A stretch of DNA of 64,000 nucleotides from Thermoplasmatales archaeon SG8-52-3 (GTDB taxonomy: Archaea; Thermoplasmatota; E2; DHVEG-1), in the NCBI GenBank assembly GCA_001595915.1, contig LSSG01000032.1, forward strand, positions 23,142 through 87,141, given 5' to 3'. The notes under the pieces were generated by a model. The model worked only from the letters and a program-made list of their open reading frames with translations. It had not been told where the DNA came from and searched no databases. The position numbers were made by a program, and so were the translations under genes. How positions within the stretch are numbered: position 1 is the first letter of the stretch; each line of letters opens with the position of its first letter. Positions 7,611 to 16,872 of this stretch are shown piece by piece.

Positions 7611-9062
7611 TTAAAAATTCCTCATATTCCACACACTACCAATACCAATAAGTTTTACATCATGATTTCCATCTTCATCTTGCCAAGATATTTTTCCATC
7701 GATGTTACTTAGCCCTATCTTCATTCCAACATATGTTGGGAATTTCCATATCTTTTCATATGTGTTATCTTCTTCGATATCAAGATCAAGACGGATATTA
7801 TATTTCTTTAACAGAATCTGAGATATTGGATTTGGTTTTCCCCTTATATTTAATTCAGTGGGCATTTTCAATAATAAAAATAATTTATCTGATTTTCTGA
7901 CTGTTATATCAAGATCTTCTAAGAGAGTGAGAGTATCACCTTGATCTGTTGTAATAACTAGTGAAGCAATTGGGTTAAATCTTGTTGTTCTTGCTTCTAG
8001 TAATTGGTTCCTAAAATAATATTTGTTATAGTAAATATTCCAACCGTTCTCTAATCTAATATGACACCAATCCCATCCTTTAATATTCCACTTTATAAAA
8101 CCAGATGACCAAGAGTGTTCATGATGTCCAATACCTGTTACTTTGAATTCTTGCCCATTCAATTTAATTGTACCAGAAACTTCACAACCTGTAAACATAT
8201 ATGTTGCAAGTCTAGCTTCTCCCTTATCAATTATCCTATTGCTATATATCCATAATGGTGAGGACGGTGCAAAATAGTCAAAATCTACAATTATTTCATT
8301 TTCTTTGTCAATTTCTTTATCCTCTGCATGTACGTGCCAAATAGGAGCTTCTCCTTTGGCCCATGAGTCTTCAAATTTTAAATCAACACCGGGTGTTGAT
8401 GCATCCAATCCCGAGGTCCCCAATATTCCAAGTCCAAGTATTCCTCCTCGCTTTTTGTTTATTATACCACCAAATTCTTCCCCTTCAGGACTATGGAGTG
8501 TTATTATCAAAATATCTGGTTTCATTGTTAATCTTAAATCACCCCATGCCATATGACAGAAACCAATTGTAGCAGACCAACCTGGTAGTTCACTTTCGTC
8601 ATCAAAAATTACAGTATAATACCACCATTCTCTTGTATTTGTAATTTTATTGAAATGAGCGCCTTCATCTTGTGGAGAAACATCTCTCATATTACCAGTA
8701 ACAATAGAATATGGAAGATTTTCAATTGCTGAAAACTTCCAGGTTGACAGTATTGTTTTTGTTGGAACATGCCTTATTGTTATTGTTCCTTCACATTGTG
8801 TAATTTGATCTCCTTCTGTAACAAATCTACCTAGAGTTGATGTGTCACAATCACCAATAATTTCGATATCTTTCCATAATACCTCATCTGACAATGATAC
8901 TACTGTAAGAGTTTTTTCTCTATCATCTTTTTTGAATTGAATATCAGGTATATCTGGTCCATCGTAGTCAAAGATGTAACCTAATCTATAGAAAATAAAA
9001 CCAGCTATAATTATCATAGCTATTATGATTATTGCATCAATCTTTCTCGTTCGTGTACTCAT
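7611..9062 (-). CDS. Membrane-anchored AttH/CrtC-like (lipocalin-like, carotenoid-1,2-hydratase family) protein
   Basis: 483 aa with an N-terminal TM anchor. TREWWYYTVIF...GFCHMAWGDL resembles the EWWY signature of the AttH/CrtC N-terminal domain, and a second half contains GIGHHEHSWS / WDWCHIRL. Confidence 0.45.
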   Translation of the reverse strand: MSTRTRKIDAIIIIAMIIIAGFIFYRLGYIFDYDGPDIPDIQFKKDDREKTLTVVSLSDEVLWKDIEIIGDCDTSTLGRFVTEGDQITQCEGTITIRHVPTKTILSTWKFSAIENLPYSIVTGNMRDVSPQDEGAHFNKITNTREWWYYTVIFDDESELPGWSATIGFCHMAWGDLRLTMKPDILIITLHSPEGEEFGGIINKKRGGILGLGILGTSGLDASTPGVDLKFEDSWAKGEAPIWHVHAEDKEIDKENEIIVDFDYFAPSSPLWIYSNRIIDKGEARLATYMFTGCEVSGTIKLNGQEFKVTGIGHHEHSWSSGFIKWNIKGWDWCHIRLENGWNIYYNKYYFRNQLLEARTTRFNPIASLVITTDQGDTLTLLEDLDITVRKSDKLFLLLKMPTELNIRGKPNPISQILLKKYNIRLDLDIEEDNTYEKIWKFPTYVGMKIGLSNIDGKISWQDEDGNHDVKLIGIGSVWNMRNF

Positions 9063-9237
9063 TTTGATCGCTGGTGTTTTCTTTTTAATTATATATTTCT
9101 TAAAATTATATTTTTAAATGTTGTTTTACAATTCTTACCTGAATTAAAAATGTAAAATAATTGGAAAGATTTTTTAGTAAACTTAGTGTTACCGTTTTTT
9201 TAAAAAGATTTACTAAATTTAAAAGAGGGGACTATAT

Positions 9238-10314
9238 TTGATGGATATTACAACTTCTAAGTCACGGCTGATTTTAGAGGATGGTTCAATTTTTTATGGA
9301 TATTCGTTTGGTTCGAAAAAATCAGTATCTGGTGAAGTTGTATTTAATACGGGGATGGTAGGTTATCCAGAAAGTTTGACTGATGCTTCATATAGGGGAC
9401 AAATCTTAGTTTTAACATATCCCTTGATAGGTAATTATGGGATTCCAGGTTATGATAAAGAAGACAATTTATTGAGATATTTTGAATCAGATAGAATACA
9501 AGTCAAAGGTTTAGTTATTGCAGATTATTCTGATAGATATTCTCATTGGAATGCTAAAAAATCCCTTTCTGAATGGCTAATAGAGCATGATATTCCAGGC
9601 TTATTTGGAGTAGATACAAGAGAACTAACAAAAAAACTAAGAAAAAAGGGAACAATGCTTGGAAAAGTATTATGCAATAGCAATAATATTTCATTGGATA
9701 ATCCAAATAAAAAAAATTTAATGAAAGAAGTAAGCATCAAAAAACCAATTATTTATAAAAAAGGCAATAAGAAAATTATTCTTGTTGACTGTGGTACAAA
9801 AAATAATATTATTAGAGCATTTCTTAGAAGAAATTTTTCAGTTATACGTGTACCTTGGGATTATAATTTTTTAGATGAAAAAGCAGATGGCATTATTATT
9901 TCAAATGGTCCTGGTAACCCTAAAAAATGTAGACAAACAATAAAAAATGTTAAAGAAGCATTATCAAAAGATACACCGATTTTAGGTATTTGTCTTGGAT
10001 CTCAAATTTTAGCCCTTTCAACTGGAGCAAACACTTACAAATTAAAATATGGACATCGAGGTCATAATCAACCTTGTATTGAAACTGGAACAAAAAGATG
10101 TTACATAACTTCTCAAAATCATGGTTATGCAGTTGAAGCTGAAACATTACCAGAGGATTGGCGTGAGTGGTTTTACAATAGTAATGATGGCACAAATGAA
10201 GGAATTATTCATATATCAAAGCCTTTCTTTGGAACTCAATTTCATCCAGAGGCATCCCCTGGTCCTGATGATACTGAATTTTTATTTGATATGTTCGTTC
10301 GGTCGATTAAATGA
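9238..10314 (+). CDS. carA: Carbamoyl-phosphate synthase small (glutaminase) subunit
   Basis: 358 aa. It has the CPSase small-chain N-domain (EVVFNTGMVGYPESLTD) and a class-I amidotransferase domain with nucleophile elbow GICLGSQILA and FHPEASPGP. The start is probably ATG 9241. Confidence 0.92.
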   Translation: MMDITTSKSRLILEDGSIFYGYSFGSKKSVSGEVVFNTGMVGYPESLTDASYRGQILVLTYPLIGNYGIPGYDKEDNLLRYFESDRIQVKGLVIADYSDRYSHWNAKKSLSEWLIEHDIPGLFGVDTRELTKKLRKKGTMLGKVLCNSNNISLDNPNKKNLMKEVSIKKPIIYKKGNKKIILVDCGTKNNIIRAFLRRNFSVIRVPWDYNFLDEKADGIIISNGPGNPKKCRQTIKNVKEALSKDTPILGICLGSQILALSTGANTYKLKYGHRGHNQPCIETGTKRCYITSQNHGYAVEAETLPEDWREWFYNSNDGTNEGIIHISKPFFGTQFHPEASPGPDDTEFLFDMFVRSIK

Positions 10315-13300
10315 TAAATAGAAGAAATAGAAAGATCAAAAAGATTTTACTCTTAGGTTCAGGGGCTATAAGAATTGGACAAGCCGGTGAGTTTGATTAC
10401 TCTGGTAGTCAAGCAATTAAAGCTTTGAAAGAGGAAGGAATAAAAACTATACTTGTCAATCCAAATATTGCAACTATTCAAACTTCTGACTATCTAGCTG
10501 ATAAAGTGTATTTCTTGCCAATTGATACTTTTTTTGTAGAAAAAGTTATTAAAAAAGAGAAACCTGATGGTATTTTACTTGGATTTGGTGGTCAAACTGC
10601 TTTGAATGTAGGTGTTGATTTAGCAAAAAAGGGTATTTTAAAAAAATATAATGTAGAGGTTCTTGGTACTCCTATAGATTCAATTTTAAGTACTGAGGAT
10701 AGAGATCTTTTTGTAAAAAAGATTAAGGAGATTAATTTAAAGGTACCCATTTCAAAAGCTGTTATAAGTGTTGATGAGGCAGTAAAAGTTGCAAAGAAAA
10801 TAGGATATCCTGTAATGTGTAGAATTGCCTATGCTCTTGGAGGTTTAGGTTCTGGAGTTGCTTATAATAAAAAACAATTAATTGAATTAACAAAAAAAGC
10901 ATTTTCTTATACAAATCAGATTTTAATTGAAGAATATTTAAGTGGCTGGAAGGAACTTGAATACGAAGTTGTAAGGGACCGGTATAATAATTGTATTGTA
11001 GTATGCTCTATGGAAAATTTTGATCCTATGGGCATACATACTGGTGAAAGTATAGTTGTTGCCCCTGTTCAAACATTAACTTCTTCTGAAAATTTCAAAT
11101 TAAGATCAATTGCTATTCAAGTAATTAGGCATCTTAAAGTTATTGGAGAATGTAATATTCAATTTGCTCTTGACCCTAAATCAGAGGATTACAGAATAAT
11201 TGAAGTTAATGCAAGACTTAGTAGAAGTTCTGCACTTGCTTCAAAGGCAACAGGTTATCCTTTGGCTTTTATTGCATCTAAGCTTGCACTAGGTTATAGC
11301 CTAATAGAAATTGAAAATATTATTACAAAAGAAACATCAGCTTGTTTTGAACCAGCTTTGGATTATGTTGTTTTAAAGTTTCCTCGATGGGATTTACAAA
11401 AATTCAGGAAAGTAAGTTCTAGTTTAGGTTCTGAAATGAAATCAGTTGGAGAAGTAATGGCAATAGGAAGAACTTATGAGGAAGCATTGCAAAAGGCAAT
11501 AAGAATGCTTGATGTTGGTATGAAGGGTCTTGTTTGTAATGATTTAATTTTTAATGATTTAGAAAAGGAACTAAAGGAACCAACTGACAAAAGAATGTTT
11601 GCTATAACTGAAGCAATTAAAAAGGGGTATTCAATTGAAAAAATCAATGAACTTACTAAAGTAGATAGCTGGTTTCTTTATAAGATTAAAAATATTGTTG
11701 AAATTGAAAAGAAATTACAATCTAATAGTTTAATAAAAATCTCATCATCTCTACTTAAAGATGCTAAGCAGAAAGGATTTTCAGATCTTCAAATAGCAAT
11801 ATTAACAAATTGTAAAGAACTTGATATTAGAAGTAAAAGAAAGAAACTTGGTATTGTTCCTTGTGTAAAGCAAATAGATACTCTTGCAGCAGAATATCCT
11901 GCTAAGACAAACTATCTATATCTTACATATAATGGTAATTTTGATGATATTTTTTCTAAAGAAAAAAACCAGGTTATAGTTTTAGGGGGTGGAGCTTATA
12001 GAATCGGGTCTTCAGTTGAGTTTGATTGGTGTTGTGTTAATTCGATTTCAACATTGAGGAATTTAAAGTATAAAACTATAATGATTAATTGTAATCCTGA
12101 AACTGTTAGTACTGATTATGATATATGTGATAAACTCTATTTTGATGAACTGACATTTGAAAGGGTACTTGATATTTGTGATAAAGAAAATCCTTTAGGT
12201 GTTATTATATCAATGGGTGGGCAGATTCCAAATAATCTTGCCTTGCCATTACATAATTCTAATGTTAAAATATTAGGCACATCCCCAATAAATATTGATA
12301 ATGCAGAAGATAGACATAAGTTTTCAAAGTTACTTGATGAACTTAATATCGATCAACCCGAATGGAAGGAATTAAGTAGTATTGAAGCAGCTGAGGAATT
12401 TGCAAAAAAAGTTGGGTACCCAGTTCTTGTTAGACCTAGTTATGTACTTTCTGGTGCGGCAATGAGTATTGCTCTTAGTAGTCATGAATTAAAAAAATAT
12501 CTTAAGAAGGCATCTGAAATAAATAAAGAGCATCCAGTTGTTATAAGTAAATTTATCACTGGTGCTAAAGAAATTGAAATTGATGCTGTAGCAAAAAAAG
12601 GGATTCTTTATTGTTATGCCATATCTGAACATGTTGAGAATGCAGGGGTACATTCTGGTGATGCAACAATGGTTCTTCCGCCGCAAAGAACATATCTAGA
12701 GACCATGAGAAGAATTAAGATAATTGCAAAAAAAACTGCTAAATCCTTGGATATAACAGGTCCATTTAACATTCAGTTTATTGCAAAAGATAATGATGTA
12801 AAAGTAATTGAATGTAATTTGCGTGCATCAAGAAGTTTTCCATTTGTATCTAAGGTTTTTAAAATAAATTTTGTTGATTTGGCTACAAAAATTATTATGG
12901 GTAAACGTGTAAATAATATTGATAGGTCATCTTTTGATCTTGATTATGTTGGAATAAAGGCTCCTCAGTTCTCATTTACTAGGTTAAAAGGCTCTGATCC
13001 GGTTTTAGGAGTAGAGATGGCTTCTACTGGTGAAGTTGCTTGTTTAGGCGATGATTTTAATGAGGCATTTATTAAAAGCCTGATATCTGTTGGATTTAAA
13101 CTTCCACAGAAAACAATTTTACTTTCTACTGGACCTATTGATAGTAAGATGGAATTTTTAGAAAGTTCAAAAAAATTAAGTGAGTTGGGATTTAAATTTT
13201 ATGCAACAAAAGGTACTGCTGATTTTTTGAAAGAAAATGGATTAGATGCAGATATATTACATTGGCCTTTGGATAAAATTGAGCCTAACACTTTATCTTA

Positions 13301-13511
13301 TATTTCTAATAAAAAAATTGATTTAGTAATAAATATTCCTAAAAATATTGAAAAAGAAGAGCTTGACAATGATTATCTTATAAGGAGAAAAGCAGTGGAT
13401 TTTGACGTTCCTTTGATTACAAATCTTCAACTAGCAAAGAGATTTGTTGAATCAATTTCTAAGGTTTCATCTGATGATATAAAGGTAAAGAGTTGGGATG
13501 AATATAATTAA
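10311..13511 (+). CDS. carB: Carbamoyl-phosphate synthase large subunit
   Basis: 1066 aa with duplicated ATP-grasp halves (LLLGSGAIRIGQAGEFDYSGSQA and VIVLGGGAYRIGSSVEFDWCCV) and a C-terminal MGS-like domain. ATGA overlap with carA. Confidence 0.95.
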   Translation: MINRRNRKIKKILLLGSGAIRIGQAGEFDYSGSQAIKALKEEGIKTILVNPNIATIQTSDYLADKVYFLPIDTFFVEKVIKKEKPDGILLGFGGQTALNVGVDLAKKGILKKYNVEVLGTPIDSILSTEDRDLFVKKIKEINLKVPISKAVISVDEAVKVAKKIGYPVMCRIAYALGGLGSGVAYNKKQLIELTKKAFSYTNQILIEEYLSGWKELEYEVVRDRYNNCIVVCSMENFDPMGIHTGESIVVAPVQTLTSSENFKLRSIAIQVIRHLKVIGECNIQFALDPKSEDYRIIEVNARLSRSSALASKATGYPLAFIASKLALGYSLIEIENIITKETSACFEPALDYVVLKFPRWDLQKFRKVSSSLGSEMKSVGEVMAIGRTYEEALQKAIRMLDVGMKGLVCNDLIFNDLEKELKEPTDKRMFAITEAIKKGYSIEKINELTKVDSWFLYKIKNIVEIEKKLQSNSLIKISSSLLKDAKQKGFSDLQIAILTNCKELDIRSKRKKLGIVPCVKQIDTLAAEYPAKTNYLYLTYNGNFDDIFSKEKNQVIVLGGGAYRIGSSVEFDWCCVNSISTLRNLKYKTIMINCNPETVSTDYDICDKLYFDELTFERVLDICDKENPLGVIISMGGQIPNNLALPLHNSNVKILGTSPINIDNAEDRHKFSKLLDELNIDQPEWKELSSIEAAEEFAKKVGYPVLVRPSYVLSGAAMSIALSSHELKKYLKKASEINKEHPVVISKFITGAKEIEIDAVAKKGILYCYAISEHVENAGVHSGDATMVLPPQRTYLETMRRIKIIAKKTAKSLDITGPFNIQFIAKDNDVKVIECNLRASRSFPFVSKVFKINFVDLATKIIMGKRVNNIDRSSFDLDYVGIKAPQFSFTRLKGSDPVLGVEMASTGEVACLGDDFNEAFIKSLISVGFKLPQKTILLSTGPIDSKMEFLESSKKLSELGFKFYATKGTADFLKENGLDADILHWPLDKIEPNTLSYISNKKIDLVINIPKNIEKEELDNDYLIRRKAVDFDVPLITNLQLAKRFVESISKVSSDDIKVKSWDEYN

Positions 13512-13575
13512 ACAATTTGATACTAATTCTTTAAAATAAATGTAGATAGGATGTGATGTGCACACACATATACAT

Positions 13576-13623
13576 ATTCAACTGCGAAAAAGACACTTAA
13601 ATAGTTGAATAATTTATTTTTTA
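13576..13623 (+). terminator. Candidate carB terminator: weak hairpin followed by a T-run
   Basis: attcaact (13576-13583) pairs with agttgaat (13603-13610) around a 19-nt loop, followed by tttttt at 13617-13622. Confidence 0.3.
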
Positions 13624-14064
13624 TCAACAATGTGGGAAGGGATGAAGCCCATATTTTCGATATTTGAGAAAACCCATCCAATTACCCCTCAAAATTCACC
13701 TCTTCTTCCCTCCCATTATGTTGGTATTTTTTTTCAAAATTTATTTCTAAATGTAATTTTAACAAATTTATCCATTTTCATAATGACATTATATCCCAAA
13801 ATCTTTAAATAACATCATTTACAGAATATAACATTGTGAGTGGTGTAATTAAATGAGGATTGTAAGTGAAATAAATAACAAACAAGAACTCGAAGATATG
13901 AAACTTATTATGGAAATCTTTGTAGTAAATAATAGAATAAGACAACTTGCAGAAGAAGCATAATTCACAATATCTGAATTTATAATTTTTTTTTAAGCTA
14001 TTTCAATGGGAATGTTAATAATATTGTTGTAGATTACTGACCAGCTATCCATAGGGGGTAGATT

Positions 14065-14586
14065 ATGGTAGAGAGAAGTGATATTGAAGCTGTTTTTTCA
14101 AAGGAATTACAATGGATAAAAGACGATTTTTTAAAAAATAAAGTTGTTGACGTTTGGAAAGAAGCAGCTTATCGGGGATGCTGGAAATCTCTTGATGATG
14201 CACCTTTTACTCTTCTTATTAAAGACTCTGGAAAACTTACTGATCATACAAAAAGGATTACAAATCTTGCAAAAGTAATATATGATCAAAGACAAGAAAA
14301 TATTAATTTAGATTTTTTAATTGCTGGTGCTCTTCTACATGATGTGGGAAAACTCTTAGAATATGAATATAAAGATGGAGAATTTGTAAAGTGTGATTAT
14401 GGTAAGAAATTTCGTCATCCAGTATCTGGAGCACTTCTTGCAAAAGAATTAGGCTTACCTGATGAAGTTGTTCTGATTATATATGCTCATTCCCATGAGG
14501 GGGACAATCTTAAAAGGTCACCTGAGGCAGTAATAGTTAATCATAGTGATTTTATTGATTTTGAAATAAAAAAAGCATTGGTGTAA
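14065..14586 (+). CDS. HD-domain metal-dependent phosphohydrolase
   Basis: 173 aa with the LLHDVGKLLEYE (HD motif) and AHSHEGD histidine cluster. First gene of a four-gene plus-strand operon with gaps of 3, 6 and 18 nt. Confidence 0.65.
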   Translation: MVERSDIEAVFSKELQWIKDDFLKNKVVDVWKEAAYRGCWKSLDDAPFTLLIKDSGKLTDHTKRITNLAKVIYDQRQENINLDFLIAGALLHDVGKLLEYEYKDGEFVKCDYGKKFRHPVSGALLAKELGLPDEVVLIIYAHSHEGDNLKRSPEAVIVNHSDFIDFEIKKALV

Positions 14587-14589
14587 TAA

Positions 14590-16077
14590 ATGAAAGTTAG
14601 GAATGCTGCTGGTAGGGAAATAGAAACAGAAATTGCTGGCAGGACTCTTAAACCATTTTTAGGTGCAAAAAAGCATACCTATCATTCAAAGATTACAAAT
14701 CTTTCAAATGCATTAAAAAAATGTGGAATAAAGGATGGCGATACTCTTTCTTTTCATCATCAACTGCGTAATGGTGATTTTGTAGTAAATATTACACTTG
14801 CTGCTGTTCGCGATTTAGGTATAAAAAATATTAGAATGGCACAAACTGCAATTTTCAATGTTCATGAACCTGTGATTGATTTTATAAAAGAAGGTGTTGT
14901 AAATCGAATCGAAGGAAGCATAAATGGAATTGTTGGAGATTTTATTTCTAAAAATCCACTTTCTTATCCAGTAGTGCTTAGATCGCATGGTGGAAGGTGG
15001 GCTGCCGTAAAGACTGGCGAATTGCATCCAAATATAGCAATAATTGCTGCATCAACATCTGATGAATGTGGAAATTGTACAGGTGTTCTTGGAGATAGTG
15101 CATTTGGGCCTATTTCTTATTCACAAGTTGATGCACTATATGCAGATCATGTTATTGTTGTAACTGATAATATTGTTGGTTATCCATGTAAATTTCAAGA
15201 GATACAAGAAAGAAATGTCGATTGTGTTGCACAAGTCGATCATATTGGTGATCCAAAAAACATCATGTCTGGTACTACAAAAATCACAGAAGACCCAATG
15301 AAATTGCAGATTGCTCGTGACTGTGTAGACCTTATGGATGCTGCAGGTCTTATAAAGGATGGAATGGTTTTTCAGTCAGGGGCAGGTGGAATATCACTTG
15401 CAGCAATGAAATTTCTTGGAGAAAGACTCGAGGAGAAAGATGTGGTTGCTTCAACAGCAACAGGTGGTCTTACTCGACTTATAGTTGATATTTACAAAGC
15501 TGGAAGAGTTAAAAATATTTATTACTCCCAGGTATTTGATGATTATTCTGTAAAATTTATTCAGGAGGATATTGGTCTTCCAGCAGATATTGGTCATTAT
15601 GCTGATCCAACATCAAAAGGGAGAACAATTGATGGACTTGATACAGTTGTTCTTGGTGCTACAGAAGTTGATATAAATTTCAATGTAAATGTAAATACCC
15701 ATAGTGATGGTAGAATGCTTCATGGAATTGGTGGTCATCAGGATACTGCTGCAGGATCATCTTTATGCATTGTTACTTGCCCTGTTTTTAGAAAAACAAA
15801 TCCAATAGTAAAAGAGAAAGTAACAACAATTTCAACTCCTGGTGATGTAGTTGATGCAATAGTAACAGATAAAGGAACTGCAATAAATCCTAAAAGAAAA
15901 GACCTTATTGAAAAAGTAAAGGGAAGAATTAAAATTGTTCCAATTGAAGATTTAAAACAATTAGCATATGATGCAACTGGAGGTCCCCAAGAATTGCATT
16001 TTACCGATGAAATTGTTGGTATGACCAAATGGTTTGATGGAACAGTTTTGGATAATATTTGGAAAGTAAAGGAGTGA
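14590..16077 (+). CDS. citF: Citrate lyase alpha-subunit-like CoA/ACP transferase (CitF family)
   Basis: 495 aa. LSNALKKCGIKDGDTLSFHHQLRNGDFVVNITLAAVRDLGIKNI is collinear with the E. coli CitF N-terminal region (LEEAIRRSGLQDGMTVSFHHAFRGGDLTVNMVM...GFKNL, as I recall it), and the size matches. Confidence 0.75.
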   Translation: MKVRNAAGREIETEIAGRTLKPFLGAKKHTYHSKITNLSNALKKCGIKDGDTLSFHHQLRNGDFVVNITLAAVRDLGIKNIRMAQTAIFNVHEPVIDFIKEGVVNRIEGSINGIVGDFISKNPLSYPVVLRSHGGRWAAVKTGELHPNIAIIAASTSDECGNCTGVLGDSAFGPISYSQVDALYADHVIVVTDNIVGYPCKFQEIQERNVDCVAQVDHIGDPKNIMSGTTKITEDPMKLQIARDCVDLMDAAGLIKDGMVFQSGAGGISLAAMKFLGERLEEKDVVASTATGGLTRLIVDIYKAGRVKNIYYSQVFDDYSVKFIQEDIGLPADIGHYADPTSKGRTIDGLDTVVLGATEVDINFNVNVNTHSDGRMLHGIGGHQDTAAGSSLCIVTCPVFRKTNPIVKEKVTTISTPGDVVDAIVTDKGTAINPKRKDLIEKVKGRIKIVPIEDLKQLAYDATGGPQELHFTDEIVGMTKWFDGTVLDNIWKVKE

Positions 16078-16083
16078 TATTTT

Positions 16084-16854
16084 ATGAAATGGACTACTAA
16101 AATTACCAAGGTAGAGCCCAATCATCTAGTAACAAAAGGATATAGACAAGAAGATCTTATAGGAAATGTCCCCTATTCCCATGTAGTTTATCTTCTTCTA
16201 AAAGGTGAACTGCCATCAGATGAGCATGGAAAAATGATGGATGCAATTCTTACTGCATGTATTGATCATGGAGTTACTCCTCCTTCTTCAATTGCTTCTA
16301 GAGTAGTTGCCTCAGGAGGGGTTCCTCTTCCAACTGCTGTTGCAGCAGGGATATTATCTATCGGTGATGCACATGGTGGAGCAATAGAAAAAGGTGCAAA
16401 ATTCTTACAGGATGGAATTTATAGAATGGTGCATGAAGGAAAAACAATAGGTGAAATTGCAAAGATTCTAGTAGCAGAATCAAGAGATAAAAAGAAAAGA
16501 ATATTAGGTTTTGGTCATAGAGTTCATACAAAAGATCCTCGTACTAAAAAATTGTTCATCCTTGCTGATGAATTAAAAATCTCTGGTAGTCACATTGCTC
16601 TTTCTAAAGCAATACAAAAAGAACTTCCCAAACAAACCGGTAAAAATCTTCCAATTAATGTTGATGGTGCAATTGCAGCAATTTCTTCTGATATGGGTTT
16701 TGATTGGAAACTTGGAAAAGCATTCTTTTTACTTGGAAGAGTTGCAGGTCTAACCGCTCATGTTTATGAAGAACAAACTGAGCAGAAACCAATGAGAAAA
16801 ATGTTTAATGATGAAAGTGAGTATGAAGGTCCTGTGGAGAGAAATTTACCATAA
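16084..16854 (+). CDS. Short citrate-synthase-fold protein, citryl-CoA lyase-like
   Basis: 256 aa. It has the citrate-synthase catalytic-core motifs GFGHRVHTKDPRTKKL, DHG and NVDG...GRVAGLTAHVYEE but lacks the N-terminal part of a full citrate synthase. Size and layout resemble the Hydrogenobacter-type citryl-CoA lyase / ACL C-terminal domain. Confidence 0.7.
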   Translation: MKWTTKITKVEPNHLVTKGYRQEDLIGNVPYSHVVYLLLKGELPSDEHGKMMDAILTACIDHGVTPPSSIASRVVASGGVPLPTAVAAGILSIGDAHGGAIEKGAKFLQDGIYRMVHEGKTIGEIAKILVAESRDKKKRILGFGHRVHTKDPRTKKLFILADELKISGSHIALSKAIQKELPKQTGKNLPINVDGAIAAISSDMGFDWKLGKAFFLLGRVAGLTAHVYEEQTEQKPMRKMFNDESEYEGPVERNLP

Positions 16855-16872
16855 TTTTGAGGAGAAGAAAAC

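Noticed and set aside
13630-13812. 60-aa track ORF in the carB/HD-gene spacer.
   Set aside because: The product is low-complexity with no ribosome-binding context. The first part of the region is better explained as a possible structured RNA (see findings), so it is not called as a CDS.
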